The translations under genes were made by a program, and so were the position numbers. A DNA stretch of 64,000 nucleotides from Nitriliruptoraceae bacterium (lineage in GTDB: Bacteria; Actinomycetota; Nitriliruptoria; Nitriliruptorales; Nitriliruptoraceae): NCBI GenBank assembly GCA_046540855.1, contig JBKHEJ010000001.1, positions 6,099-70,098 on the forward strand, written 5' to 3'. The notes beneath the pieces were generated by a model. The model was not told where the DNA came from, searched no databases, and was given only the letters and a program-made list of their open reading frames with translations. How positions within the stretch are numbered: the first letter of the stretch is position 1; each line of letters opens with the position of its first letter. This document shows, piece after piece, positions 35,814-43,617 of the stretch.

Positions 35814-36749
35814 TCACCCCCTGACGGAGAGCCGGGTGCGGCTGCGTGGGTCCAGCGCGTCGCGAAGGCCGTCCCCGACCAGGGTCCAGGCCAGGACCAT
35901 GAGGCTGATCGCGACACCGGCCGGAACCGAGATCCACCAGGCGACGCCCAGCAGCCGCTGCCCGTCACGAAGCACGGCTCCCCAACTCATCGCGGGGTCC
36001 GCGCCGACGCCGAGGAAGGCGAGCGACGCCTCGGAGAGCACGGCGAGTCCCGCGATGAAGGTGCCCTGTGCCAGGATGGGTGAGAGTGTCGATGGCAGCA
36101 CATGCCGGACGGCGATACGGACCGGACCGGCCCCGATCGCGCGCGCCGCCTCCACGTGCGGCATGGCGAGTGCGGTCAGCGTCGTGGCTCTGACCAGCCG
36201 AGCCACGACCGGCAGGTGACCGAGGATCAGCGCCAACAGCACGGTCGGCAGACCTGGACCGAGGCGCACCACGACGGCCAGAGCGAGCAGGACGGTGGGG
36301 AAGGCGAGGAGGCCGTCCATCGCGCGCATCAACGGGCCGTCGGCGCGTCGAACGCCGGCGGCCACCATACCGACCACCAGACCGAGCATCACCGTGGTCA
36401 CCCCGACCACGAGTGCCACGAGGAGCGAGGTCCGGGCGCCGAGCAGCAGCCGGACCAACACGTCGCGCCCCAGATCATCGGTGCCGAGCCAGTTGGTGGT
36501 GGACGGAGGTTGGAGTCTGCGCGCGGGCACAAGGGTCTGGACGTCGTCGGCGAGCAGGGCCGGCCCGAGGATCGCTGCGAGGGTCAGGAGGGCGAGCAGG
36601 ACGAGTCCGGCTCGAGCCGTTCCCGAACGCCACGCCGCAGCCGTGACCGCTCGGGCGGTCACCCCGAGCTCCCAGGGCCTGCTCCATGGCGGTCGGAAGC
36701 GGTGCTCGAGCCCGACCGTGACCGTCGGGCTAGACGCGGACATGATCAC
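35814..36749 (-). CDS. ABC transporter permease (DppC/OppC-like)
   Basis: ...NWLGTDDLGRDVLVRLLLGARTS... 311 aa. Confidence 0.85.
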   Translation of the reverse strand: MIMSASSPTVTVGLEHRFRPPWSRPWELGVTARAVTAAAWRSGTARAGLVLLALLTLAAILGPALLADDVQTLVPARRLQPPSTTNWLGTDDLGRDVLVRLLLGARTSLLVALVVGVTTVMLGLVVGMVAAGVRRADGPLMRAMDGLLAFPTVLLALAVVVRLGPGLPTVLLALILGHLPVVARLVRATTLTALAMPHVEAARAIGAGPVRIAVRHVLPSTLSPILAQGTFIAGLAVLSEASLAFLGVGADPAMSWGAVLRDGQRLLGVAWWISVPAGVAISLMVLAWTLVGDGLRDALDPRSRTRLSVRG

Positions 36750-37680
36750 CCCGTGGATCCAGCAAGCTCGACACCAGATCGACCGTCAGGCTGACGAGCA
36801 CGTTCGCCACGGCTGCGAACAGGATGACCCCCTGGAGCACCAGAAGGTCGCGCCGCCCGATGCTGGTCGCTACCAGTTGGCCCATCCCCGGCAGGTTGAA
36901 CACCGTCTCGACGATCACCGCACCGGTGAGCAGATCGGCGAAGCTGCTGCCGAGCACGGCGGTCGTCGGTGCCAGACTCGGCCGCAGCTCGTGGCGCAGC
37001 AGAAGGCCGCGAGGTCGCACGCCACGCGCACGCGCCGCCCGCAGATGGTCCGCATCGAGGCCATCGAGCAGGCTGGCACGTACCACGCGGGCCGGCACAC
37101 CGGCCAGCGGCAGGCCGAGAGCCAGTGCGGGCAGTACCAGGTGGCGCAGGTGCGCGAGGGGATCCTCGCTCAGGGGCACCGCACCGGTGGCGGGCAGCCA
37201 CTCGAGCCGAACGGCGAACACCAGCACCAGGATCATCGCGAGGAAGAAGGAGGCGATGGAGGTCGCGCTCGTCGCTAACAGGGTGATGCCGCGGTCGGTC
37301 CAGGAGCCGGGTCGCCGTGATGCCCAGATGCCTGCAGGCAGCCCGACCATCACGGCCACCAGCAGTGCGCTCACGGCCAACTGGAGCGTCGGCAGCACGC
37401 GTTCGCCCACCAGGGCCGTCACCGGTCGGCCGTGATACACCGAGTTCCCGAGGTCGCCGCGGGAGACGTCAGCCAGCCAGGCGCCGAAGCGGGCGCCGAT
37501 CGGCTGATCGGCCTCGAGCTCCGCGCGTAACGCGTCGATCTGGGCTGGTGTCGCTTCCGGCCCGAGCATCACCGCAGCAGCGTCTCCTGGCAGACCGTGG
37601 ACCATCAGGAAGGCGAGGGTCGCGACCACGACCAGGGTGGGGATCACCGCGGCGATGCGTCGCACCAGCGCTGCGGTCAC
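36730..37680 (-). CDS. ABC transporter permease (DppB/OppB-like)
   Basis: MTAALVRRIAAVIPTLVVVATLAFLMVHGLPGD...RAARARGVRPRGLLLRHELRPSL. GTGA overlap with the upstream binding-protein gene. Confidence 0.85.
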   Translation of the reverse strand: MTAALVRRIAAVIPTLVVVATLAFLMVHGLPGDAAAVMLGPEATPAQIDALRAELEADQPIGARFGAWLADVSRGDLGNSVYHGRPVTALVGERVLPTLQLAVSALLVAVMVGLPAGIWASRRPGSWTDRGITLLATSATSIASFFLAMILVLVFAVRLEWLPATGAVPLSEDPLAHLRHLVLPALALGLPLAGVPARVVRASLLDGLDADHLRAARARGVRPRGLLLRHELRPSLAPTTAVLGSSFADLLTGAVIVETVFNLPGMGQLVATSIGRRDLLVLQGVILFAAVANVLVSLTVDLVSSLLDPRGDHVRV

Positions 37681-39326
37681 CGTGACAGCCAGACGGTGGA
37701 GAGATCGGGCTGGAGATCGGTGTCCTGCAGCCCGCGGAGCTCGCTGCGGTGGGCGACCACCCGGCGGATATCGCCGATCTTGATGCGTGGCACGTCCTCA
37801 TGGAACCGTTGCTGTACCGCCGCCCACAGCTCTTGACGGCTCGGGAGGTCGTCGACGGCGCGCAGCTGGTCGAGCAACGCTTCCTTCTCGGGGTCCTCCC
37901 ACCATCCCCCGGCCTGGGCGGTGAGGTTGCGCATGATCGGATCGGGTCGGAAGCTCGCCGAGGCGACGTAGAGCTCGTAGCGGCTCTCGTCGGACCGCCA
38001 CGACGACAGGGTGGCACCATCGACCACCTCGACCTCGACGGTGAACCCGACCTCGCGCAGCTGCTGGGCGATCACCAGGGAGGCGTTGTGCTCCACGGGC
38101 AGCTCCAGGGTCGTCAGGAGACGCAGCCGGGTACCCAGGGCGTCGGCTTCGGCGAGGAGCGCTCGGGCGCCCTCGGGGTCGCGGGGGTGGTAGTGCTCCG
38201 AGCCGGCCTCGCTGCTCCACAGGGCCGCGCCGGGCAGGAGGTCAGGGTCGAGCTCGTAGGCGCCCGTCCCGACCGCCGCTTGGAGGATGGCATCGTGGTC
38301 CAGCGCCCGTTGGATGGCCTGTCGGACACCCAGCGGCTCCAGGGCCGGTGCGCGGCGGTTCAGTACCAGGTTGAGCCAGACGTCCGCGGCCTCGAGCCGC
38401 GCGGTGATGTCCGGGTCGCGCTCGAGCACGGGAAGCTGGTCCGGGCTGACCGTCTCCAGCAGGTGGACATCGCCGGCGCGAAGCGCTGCGACCCGGGCGG
38501 CTTCGTCGGGCAGCGGGATGAACTCGAGCGCGGCAGCGTGGCGGGGCCGGTAGCCGGCGTAGCCGTCGGCCGGTCCAGGCGGTGGACGGTAGGTCTCCGC
38601 ACGCTCGAGCCGGATCTGGCGGCCTGGCTCCCACCCGTCGACCCGGTACGGGCCGGTGCCGATCGGTGCTGCGAGGCTCGTTGCGTCGGAGCGGTCGAGG
38701 ACGTGGGCAGGATGGATGGTGGCGGCCTGAAGCTGCCGGGTGAGGGACTGGGGGATGGTGCCGTAGGGGTGGTGCAGCTGCAGCCGTACGGTCAGTGGGT
38801 CCGGTGCCGAGAGTGCCTCCACCGCGTCGAGAAGCGCCGCTCCGAGGCCGGAGAGCTGCCCCCACCGCTCAAGCGAGGCGATGACGTCTGTCGCGGTCAG
38901 GGGTGTTCCGTCGTGGAACCGGATCCCGGGCCGGAGGGTGATCGTGTGGACGAGGTCATCGTCCGAGACGTGATGCTCGGCGGCGAGCAGGGGGACCGGT
39001 CGGTGCCGAGCATCGGAGGTGAACAGCGTCTCGTACACATGGCCGGTGATCAGCAGCACCAAGGTGTCCGTGGAGCGGTGAGGGTCGAGATGCGGGGGCT
39101 CCCCGCTCGTGCCGACGCGGATCGTGCCCTCAGGCGTGACCGCCTCGTCACGGTCCACCGTGCTCGCTGAGGTTGCGACCTGCCGCTGGCCCGGCTCCAG
39201 GAGCCCGGCCAGTATCGCGATGCCCCCACCGGTGGCTATCAGCAGGAGGAGCAGGGCTACGGTCGGCGCCCCCCGGCCGGTGCCTCGCTCAGCACCGATC
39301 CTGCGATGCGCGTACCGACCGATCAT
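37677..39326 (-). CDS. ABC transporter substrate-binding protein, family 5, N-terminal membrane anchor (no lipobox Cys)
   Basis: MIGRYAHRRIGAERGTGRGAPTVALLLLLIATGGGIAILAGLL...TIRVGTSGEPPHLDPHRSTD... 549 aa. Confidence 0.85.
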   Translation of the reverse strand: MIGRYAHRRIGAERGTGRGAPTVALLLLLIATGGGIAILAGLLEPGQRQVATSASTVDRDEAVTPEGTIRVGTSGEPPHLDPHRSTDTLVLLITGHVYETLFTSDARHRPVPLLAAEHHVSDDDLVHTITLRPGIRFHDGTPLTATDVIASLERWGQLSGLGAALLDAVEALSAPDPLTVRLQLHHPYGTIPQSLTRQLQAATIHPAHVLDRSDATSLAAPIGTGPYRVDGWEPGRQIRLERAETYRPPPGPADGYAGYRPRHAAALEFIPLPDEAARVAALRAGDVHLLETVSPDQLPVLERDPDITARLEAADVWLNLVLNRRAPALEPLGVRQAIQRALDHDAILQAAVGTGAYELDPDLLPGAALWSSEAGSEHYHPRDPEGARALLAEADALGTRLRLLTTLELPVEHNASLVIAQQLREVGFTVEVEVVDGATLSSWRSDESRYELYVASASFRPDPIMRNLTAQAGGWWEDPEKEALLDQLRAVDDLPSRQELWAAVQQRFHEDVPRIKIGDIRRVVAHRSELRGLQDTDLQPDLSTVWLSR

Positions 39327-39402
39327 CTCCGGGTCCGTTCCTTCGTCGTCGCGTTCAGAGCTGCAGGAGGGGTACCGACCGCTAGGGTAGAAGCACTCCG
39401 TA

Positions 39403-39416
39403 CGAACGCTTGCACG
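39403..39416. promoter_or_regulatory. operator-like palindrome site 10 (CGAACGCTTGCACG within GTACGAACGCTTGCACGTGTAC)
   Basis: 15 nt after TAGGGT (39383-39388). Divergent region between the binding-protein operon and the relic/S9 peptidase. Confidence 0.5.
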
Positions 39417-39429
39417 TGTACTTGCGCAT

Positions 39430-39790
39430 GGAGAGGCGCGCTGCTCGGGCGCTCACGACGGTGTACCCGAAGCGAGGAGGCCGCATGGCAACCGTCACGT
39501 CTGACCACGCCGCGCTCCGCCGGGGCGTGCCTGTCCTGCGGTTGCCCCGCACGGCCACGCCATCGAGCGGGCCCGAGCGGCTCAGCGCGCCTGGTCCGAC
39601 GGAACCTCCGCGCCTGCCGACCACCGGCGGAGCCGGACCCACCCCTTCCAGGAGCGAGCCATGACCGAGATGAGCGCCCAGATGGCGGAGGGAGACCCCC
39701 GTCGAGGCCGGGGCCGCCGGCACGGTCACCCTCGAGGTCAAGGAGGGCCAGGGCAGCGAGGAGGACGACCTCATGGCAACGATCCAGTGA
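39430..39790 (+). pseudogene. collapsed relic of biotin carboxylase plus BCCP genes (paralog of 9000..10641)
   Basis: 39545-39568 identical to 9976-9999. 39605-39688 matches 10376-10459 (79/84, includes RBS and ATG). 39691-39792 matches 10542-10643 at about 87 percent. The 82 nt encoding the MKM motif are replaced by 2 nt (frameshift). 39430-39540 only weakly resembles the carboxylase 5-prime end. Confidence 0.75.
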
Positions 39791-41634
39791 GCACCGCCGA
39801 CGTGAGCCCCCCGCTCTCGATCGACCAGCTGCTCGCGGCCACACCGCTCGCGGGTATCGAGCCGCCGGTGTGGACCCCTGACGGCGGGGCCGTGATCATC
39901 GCCTCGCCGCTGGGAGGTGCTACCGAGCTGTGGGCGTTCCCGGTCGACGGCGGCGCACCCGAGCGTCTGACGACCGGCATGGGCTCGGTCGGCCACCTCG
40001 CCTCGGCGCTGCCGCGGGTCTCCCCCGACGGCCGATGGTTGTCCTACCTCTCCGGTGACATCGGCGACACCGAGGTGTGGCTCCAGCCCTTCGACGGCGG
40101 ACCGGCGGTGCAGCTCACCCGGCTCGGCGCCAACATCACCTCGCTGGCCTGGGCGCCGGACGGCCGTTCCATGGTCGTGGCGGCCAACCGTTACGGCACC
40201 TACGACGTCTTCCACGTCGCCGTGCCGGACGGCACCGCGACCCGGCTGACCTCCGACGTCGCCTACGAGGTCCAGCCGACCCTCACCCCCGACGGTCGGC
40301 ACCTGCTCCATGTGCGCCTGGACGCGACCTGGACCGCACGGGACGTGCTCGTCACCCCGCTCGACGGGGGTGAGGAGCGTCTGCTGGTCCACGACGACCG
40401 CTGGTTCGACTACCAGTACGGCCGCTGGTTCGGCACGCCGGTGCTGTCCCCGGACGGCGGCACCGTGGTGTTCCGCTCCTACCGCTCCGACTGGCTGAAC
40501 CTGTGGGCCGTGCCCTTCGAGGGCGGCGAGCCCCGCCAGCTCGCCCCGGACGCGGCCGACCAGGACCAGGCGGCGTTCTCGCCGGATGGCCGCCGCCTCG
40601 TCTACACCTCCAACCGGGACGCGCGGGTCTCGCTCCACCTCCTCGACCTCGACGGCGGTGCGCCTCGCTCGCTGGTCGATCCCGGCGATGGGGTGTGCGC
40701 CTTCCCGGCGTTCTCGCCCGACGGGCGCTTCGTCGCCTTCACCCTGGCGACGGCGCACCACCCCGCCGACCTGCACGTCGTCGAGGTCGCCACCGGCGAG
40801 GTGACCCGGCTCACCCGGTCGGTGCCGCGCAGTTTCGAGGCGCGGACCGTGACGCCGGAGCGGGTGACCTACCCCGGCCACGACGGGCTCGAGATCCCCG
40901 GGTTCCTCTACCGACCGGAGTCGGTCGGCGTGACACCCAACGGCGCCGGGGTGGTCGTGGTCCACGGCGGGCCGACGATGCAGTGGTTCCCCGCCTACGA
41001 CGGCTACGCGCAGTTCCTCACGCTGCAGGGCTACACCCTGCTGCTGCCCAACATCCGCGGCAGCGCCGGGTACGGCCGGGCCTTCGAGGAGGCGAACGAT
41101 CGTGACTGGCTCGGCGGTGACCTGCAGGACGTGGTCGCCGGTGGCCAGGTACTCGCGGGCCTCGACAGCGTCGATGCGGACCGCCTCGCCGTCACGGGGC
41201 TGAGCTACGGCGGCATCATGTCGATGGGCGTGGCGAGCTTCACCCGCGGGGCGTTCCGCGCTGCGGCAAGCCTGTCCGGGTACGGCGACTTCCTGCACAT
41301 GATGGAGGAGCAGGAGTTCCGGCACCAGCAGTTGCTGCGCAAGGAGCTCGGCGACCCGGTGGAGGACGAGGCGATCTACCGGCGGGCCTCCTCGATCCTG
41401 AAGGTCAAGGACGCGACAACCCCGCTGCTGATCGTGCACGGGGAGGGTCGCTTCCCGGGCTCCGATGCCGGCCGGCGCTTCGCCGAGGCGATGCAGCGCG
41501 AGTACAAGGTCTTCCGGTACGTCGTCTACCCCGGTGAGCACTACTACGTGACGGGCCGGGCCAACGTGCGCGCGATGTGGCGCGAGGTGGACGACTTCTT
41601 CCGCACCTACCTCGACCTCGCGACGGATCGCTGA
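39787..41634 (+). CDS. S9 family serine peptidase (prolyl oligopeptidase/acylaminoacyl peptidase type) with N-terminal beta-propeller
   Basis: WD40/TolB-like repeats (SPDGRWL, APDGRSM, TPDGRHL, SPDGGTV, SPDGRRL, SPDGRFV), then GLSYGG nucleophile elbow and a C-terminal His. GTG 39787 overlaps the relic BCCP stop; the frame is also open from ATG 39661. Confidence 0.88.
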   Translation: MSTADVSPPLSIDQLLAATPLAGIEPPVWTPDGGAVIIASPLGGATELWAFPVDGGAPERLTTGMGSVGHLASALPRVSPDGRWLSYLSGDIGDTEVWLQPFDGGPAVQLTRLGANITSLAWAPDGRSMVVAANRYGTYDVFHVAVPDGTATRLTSDVAYEVQPTLTPDGRHLLHVRLDATWTARDVLVTPLDGGEERLLVHDDRWFDYQYGRWFGTPVLSPDGGTVVFRSYRSDWLNLWAVPFEGGEPRQLAPDAADQDQAAFSPDGRRLVYTSNRDARVSLHLLDLDGGAPRSLVDPGDGVCAFPAFSPDGRFVAFTLATAHHPADLHVVEVATGEVTRLTRSVPRSFEARTVTPERVTYPGHDGLEIPGFLYRPESVGVTPNGAGVVVVHGGPTMQWFPAYDGYAQFLTLQGYTLLLPNIRGSAGYGRAFEEANDRDWLGGDLQDVVAGGQVLAGLDSVDADRLAVTGLSYGGIMSMGVASFTRGAFRAAASLSGYGDFLHMMEEQEFRHQQLLRKELGDPVEDEAIYRRASSILKVKDATTPLLIVHGEGRFPGSDAGRRFAEAMQREYKVFRYVVYPGEHYYVTGRANVRAMWREVDDFFRTYLDLATDR

Positions 41635-41763
41635 GGGGCGGGGCCCGGCCCGGCTCGGATCACCACACCCCGGGAGGTGCCACGTGACCACGCCCGTCCC
41701 GGAGCCGCAGCTCACCTGCCGGCTGGCTGCCAGCGAGCGAACCGTGATGACCCTAGAAGCATG

Positions 41764-41777
41764 CGAGCGAGCGTTCG
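41764..41777. promoter_or_regulatory. operator-like palindrome site 11 (CGAGCGAGCGTTCG)
   Basis: 1 mismatch to the consensus. Extra half-site GCGAGCGAACCG at 41733-41744; TAGGGT at 41792-41797; upstream of the LLM gene. Confidence 0.55.
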
Positions 41778-41860
41778 TTCAGCGGCTCGGCTAGGGTCTC
41801 CTCCTGCAGCCGACCGGCGCCCGCGTTCGCGTGGAGCCGCCGTCACGACAGGAGCGGACC

Positions 41861-42943
41861 ATGACGGTCGAGGTTGGGCTCGGGGTGTTCTCCGGCGAGT
41901 GGCATCCGGGGACGGGACTGGACCACGGCGAGACCCTGCGGGAGTCGATCGATCAGGTCGTCCACGCGGAGCAGGCGGGCCTGGACAGCGTCTGGATCAG
42001 CGAGCACCACTTCCACGAGTCCCGCTTCGTCGGCTCCGTGGCGCCCTACGCGGCGGCCATGGTCCAGGCGACCTCGCGGATCAAGGTCGGACTTGGGCTC
42101 GCGCTCGCGCCGCTGCACGATCCCATCCGCATGGCCGAGGACGCAGCCTTCCTCGACGTGCTCTCCAGCGGCCGCTTCGAACTCGGGCTCGGCATCGGCT
42201 ACCGCGACATCGAGTACGAGGGCTTCGGCGGGCACCGCAAGCAGCGCGTCGGCCGTACCGTGGAGCTGATCGAGATCTGCCGGCAGGCCTGGGCCGACGG
42301 CCCGGTCGACTACGAGGGGCGCTACTACCAGCGGCACGGCATCGAGGTCACGCCCAAGCCGGTCCAGCCGGGCGGTCCGCCGGTCATGATGGGTGGCCAC
42401 CACCCCAACGCCCTGGACCGCTGCGCTCGGCTCGGCGACCGCTTCTGCATGGATGCCGGCACCGACTCCGAGGCCTACGAGGAGGGCGAGGGCCGCAACC
42501 GCGACATCTTCGACCGGGTGGCCTCGGCGGTGCGGCTGTACCGCGAGGCGCTCGAGCGGCACGGCAAGGACACCGCGAACCCGCACTTCTCGCTCAACGT
42601 GGGCGGGTTCCTCCACCCGGATGGTCGGGACGCCGCCTGGGAGACCCTGGCGGAGGCCTACCTGATGACCCGGCGGGTCTACGGCGACTGGTACGGGCTC
42701 GATCCGGCGGACTACGCCGACTGGTACCCGGACCGCCTGACCCCCGAGGAGATCGAGCAGCGCAAGGGGGAGCTGTTGCTCGGGACGCCGGACGACATCG
42801 CGCCCGTGCTCGAGCGGGTGCGGGAGATCGTCGGCGACAACCTCCACGTGATGTTCCGCTCGAAGTACCCGTTGGTGGACGACGCGGCGACGCGCACCTC
42901 CATCGACCTGCTCGCCGAGATCCGTCGCCGCCTGGTCGACTGA
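41861..42943 (+). CDS. luciferase-like monooxygenase (LLM) class flavin/F420-dependent oxidoreductase
   Basis: ATG 41861 after CAGGAGC. ...AGLDSVWISEHHF...GRFELGLGIGY... 360 aa. Confidence 0.82.
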   Translation: MTVEVGLGVFSGEWHPGTGLDHGETLRESIDQVVHAEQAGLDSVWISEHHFHESRFVGSVAPYAAAMVQATSRIKVGLGLALAPLHDPIRMAEDAAFLDVLSSGRFELGLGIGYRDIEYEGFGGHRKQRVGRTVELIEICRQAWADGPVDYEGRYYQRHGIEVTPKPVQPGGPPVMMGGHHPNALDRCARLGDRFCMDAGTDSEAYEEGEGRNRDIFDRVASAVRLYREALERHGKDTANPHFSLNVGGFLHPDGRDAAWETLAEAYLMTRRVYGDWYGLDPADYADWYPDRLTPEEIEQRKGELLLGTPDDIAPVLERVREIVGDNLHVMFRSKYPLVDDAATRTSIDLLAEIRRRLVD

Positions 42944-42969
42944 CCCTCGCACCGCACCGAGGTGGCCGG

Positions 42970-43617
42970 ATGATCACACGGTTCTGGCTCGGGCGGCGTC
43001 GGGATGGGCTGTCCCGCCCGGCGTTCAGCGCGCACTGGCACGGCGTCCACGGGGCGTTCGGTCTGGCGCTGCCGGGCCTGCGCGCCTACGTCCAGAACCA
43101 CCGGCTTCCGATCACGGCGGGCACCACGCCGCCGTCCTTCGACGGGTGCTCGGAGCTGGACTTCGACGACATCGCCGCGATGCAGGCCGCGTTCCGCTCA
43201 CCCGCGGCCGAGGCAGCCGATCGTGACGAGTGGTGCTTCGCCGACCCAGACCGCTTCGGGGTGGTCGTCTCGACCCGCCAGGTCCTACTGGGCGAGGACG
43301 TGGCAGACACCCCGGCCCGGCTGCTCTGCTTCGTCCGCGGGGTGCCCGGCCGGCCGCGGGCAGCGCTCCACGACGCGGTGCTCGCCACCGCTGTCGCGGA
43401 CGGCAGCGGCGCCGGCGCGGTCCGCGTCGAGGTCCTCACCGCGATCGACGACGCACCCGAGCCACAGGCCGCCGATCTCGTCGTGTCCCTGTGGTTCCCG
43501 TCCGTGCCGGTGCTGTCGGCCGGCGTCTCGGGCTGGGCAGCGGCGACGAGCGACGCGCTTGCCGGGCTCGCGTGCGGTCGCGAGACCGCCCTGGTCCATC
43601 CGAAGAGGCTGCGATGA
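42970..43617 (+). CDS. EthD domain protein (tandem dimeric alpha/beta-barrel)
   Basis: MITRFWLGRRRDGLSRPAFSAHWHGVHGAFGLALPGLRAYVQNH... In frame inside tracked ORF 41677..43617. 215 aa. Confidence 0.65.
   Translation: MITRFWLGRRRDGLSRPAFSAHWHGVHGAFGLALPGLRAYVQNHRLPITAGTTPPSFDGCSELDFDDIAAMQAAFRSPAAEAADRDEWCFADPDRFGVVVSTRQVLLGEDVADTPARLLCFVRGVPGRPRAALHDAVLATAVADGSGAGAVRVEVLTAIDDAPEPQAADLVVSLWFPSVPVLSAGVSGWAAATSDALAGLACGRETALVHPKRLR

Noticed and set aside
35731-35816. 27-codon ORF whose ATG shares one nt with the permease stop (TGATG), and a second 28-codon ORF further downstream
   Set aside because: They are very short and low-complexity with no RBS evidence or conservation that I can assess. 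Such ORFs are easily produced by chance in GC-rich DNA.
39382-41715. 777-aa minus-strand ORF
   Set aside because: It is antisense to the S9 peptidase, which has clear propeller repeats and a GxSxGG motif on the plus strand.
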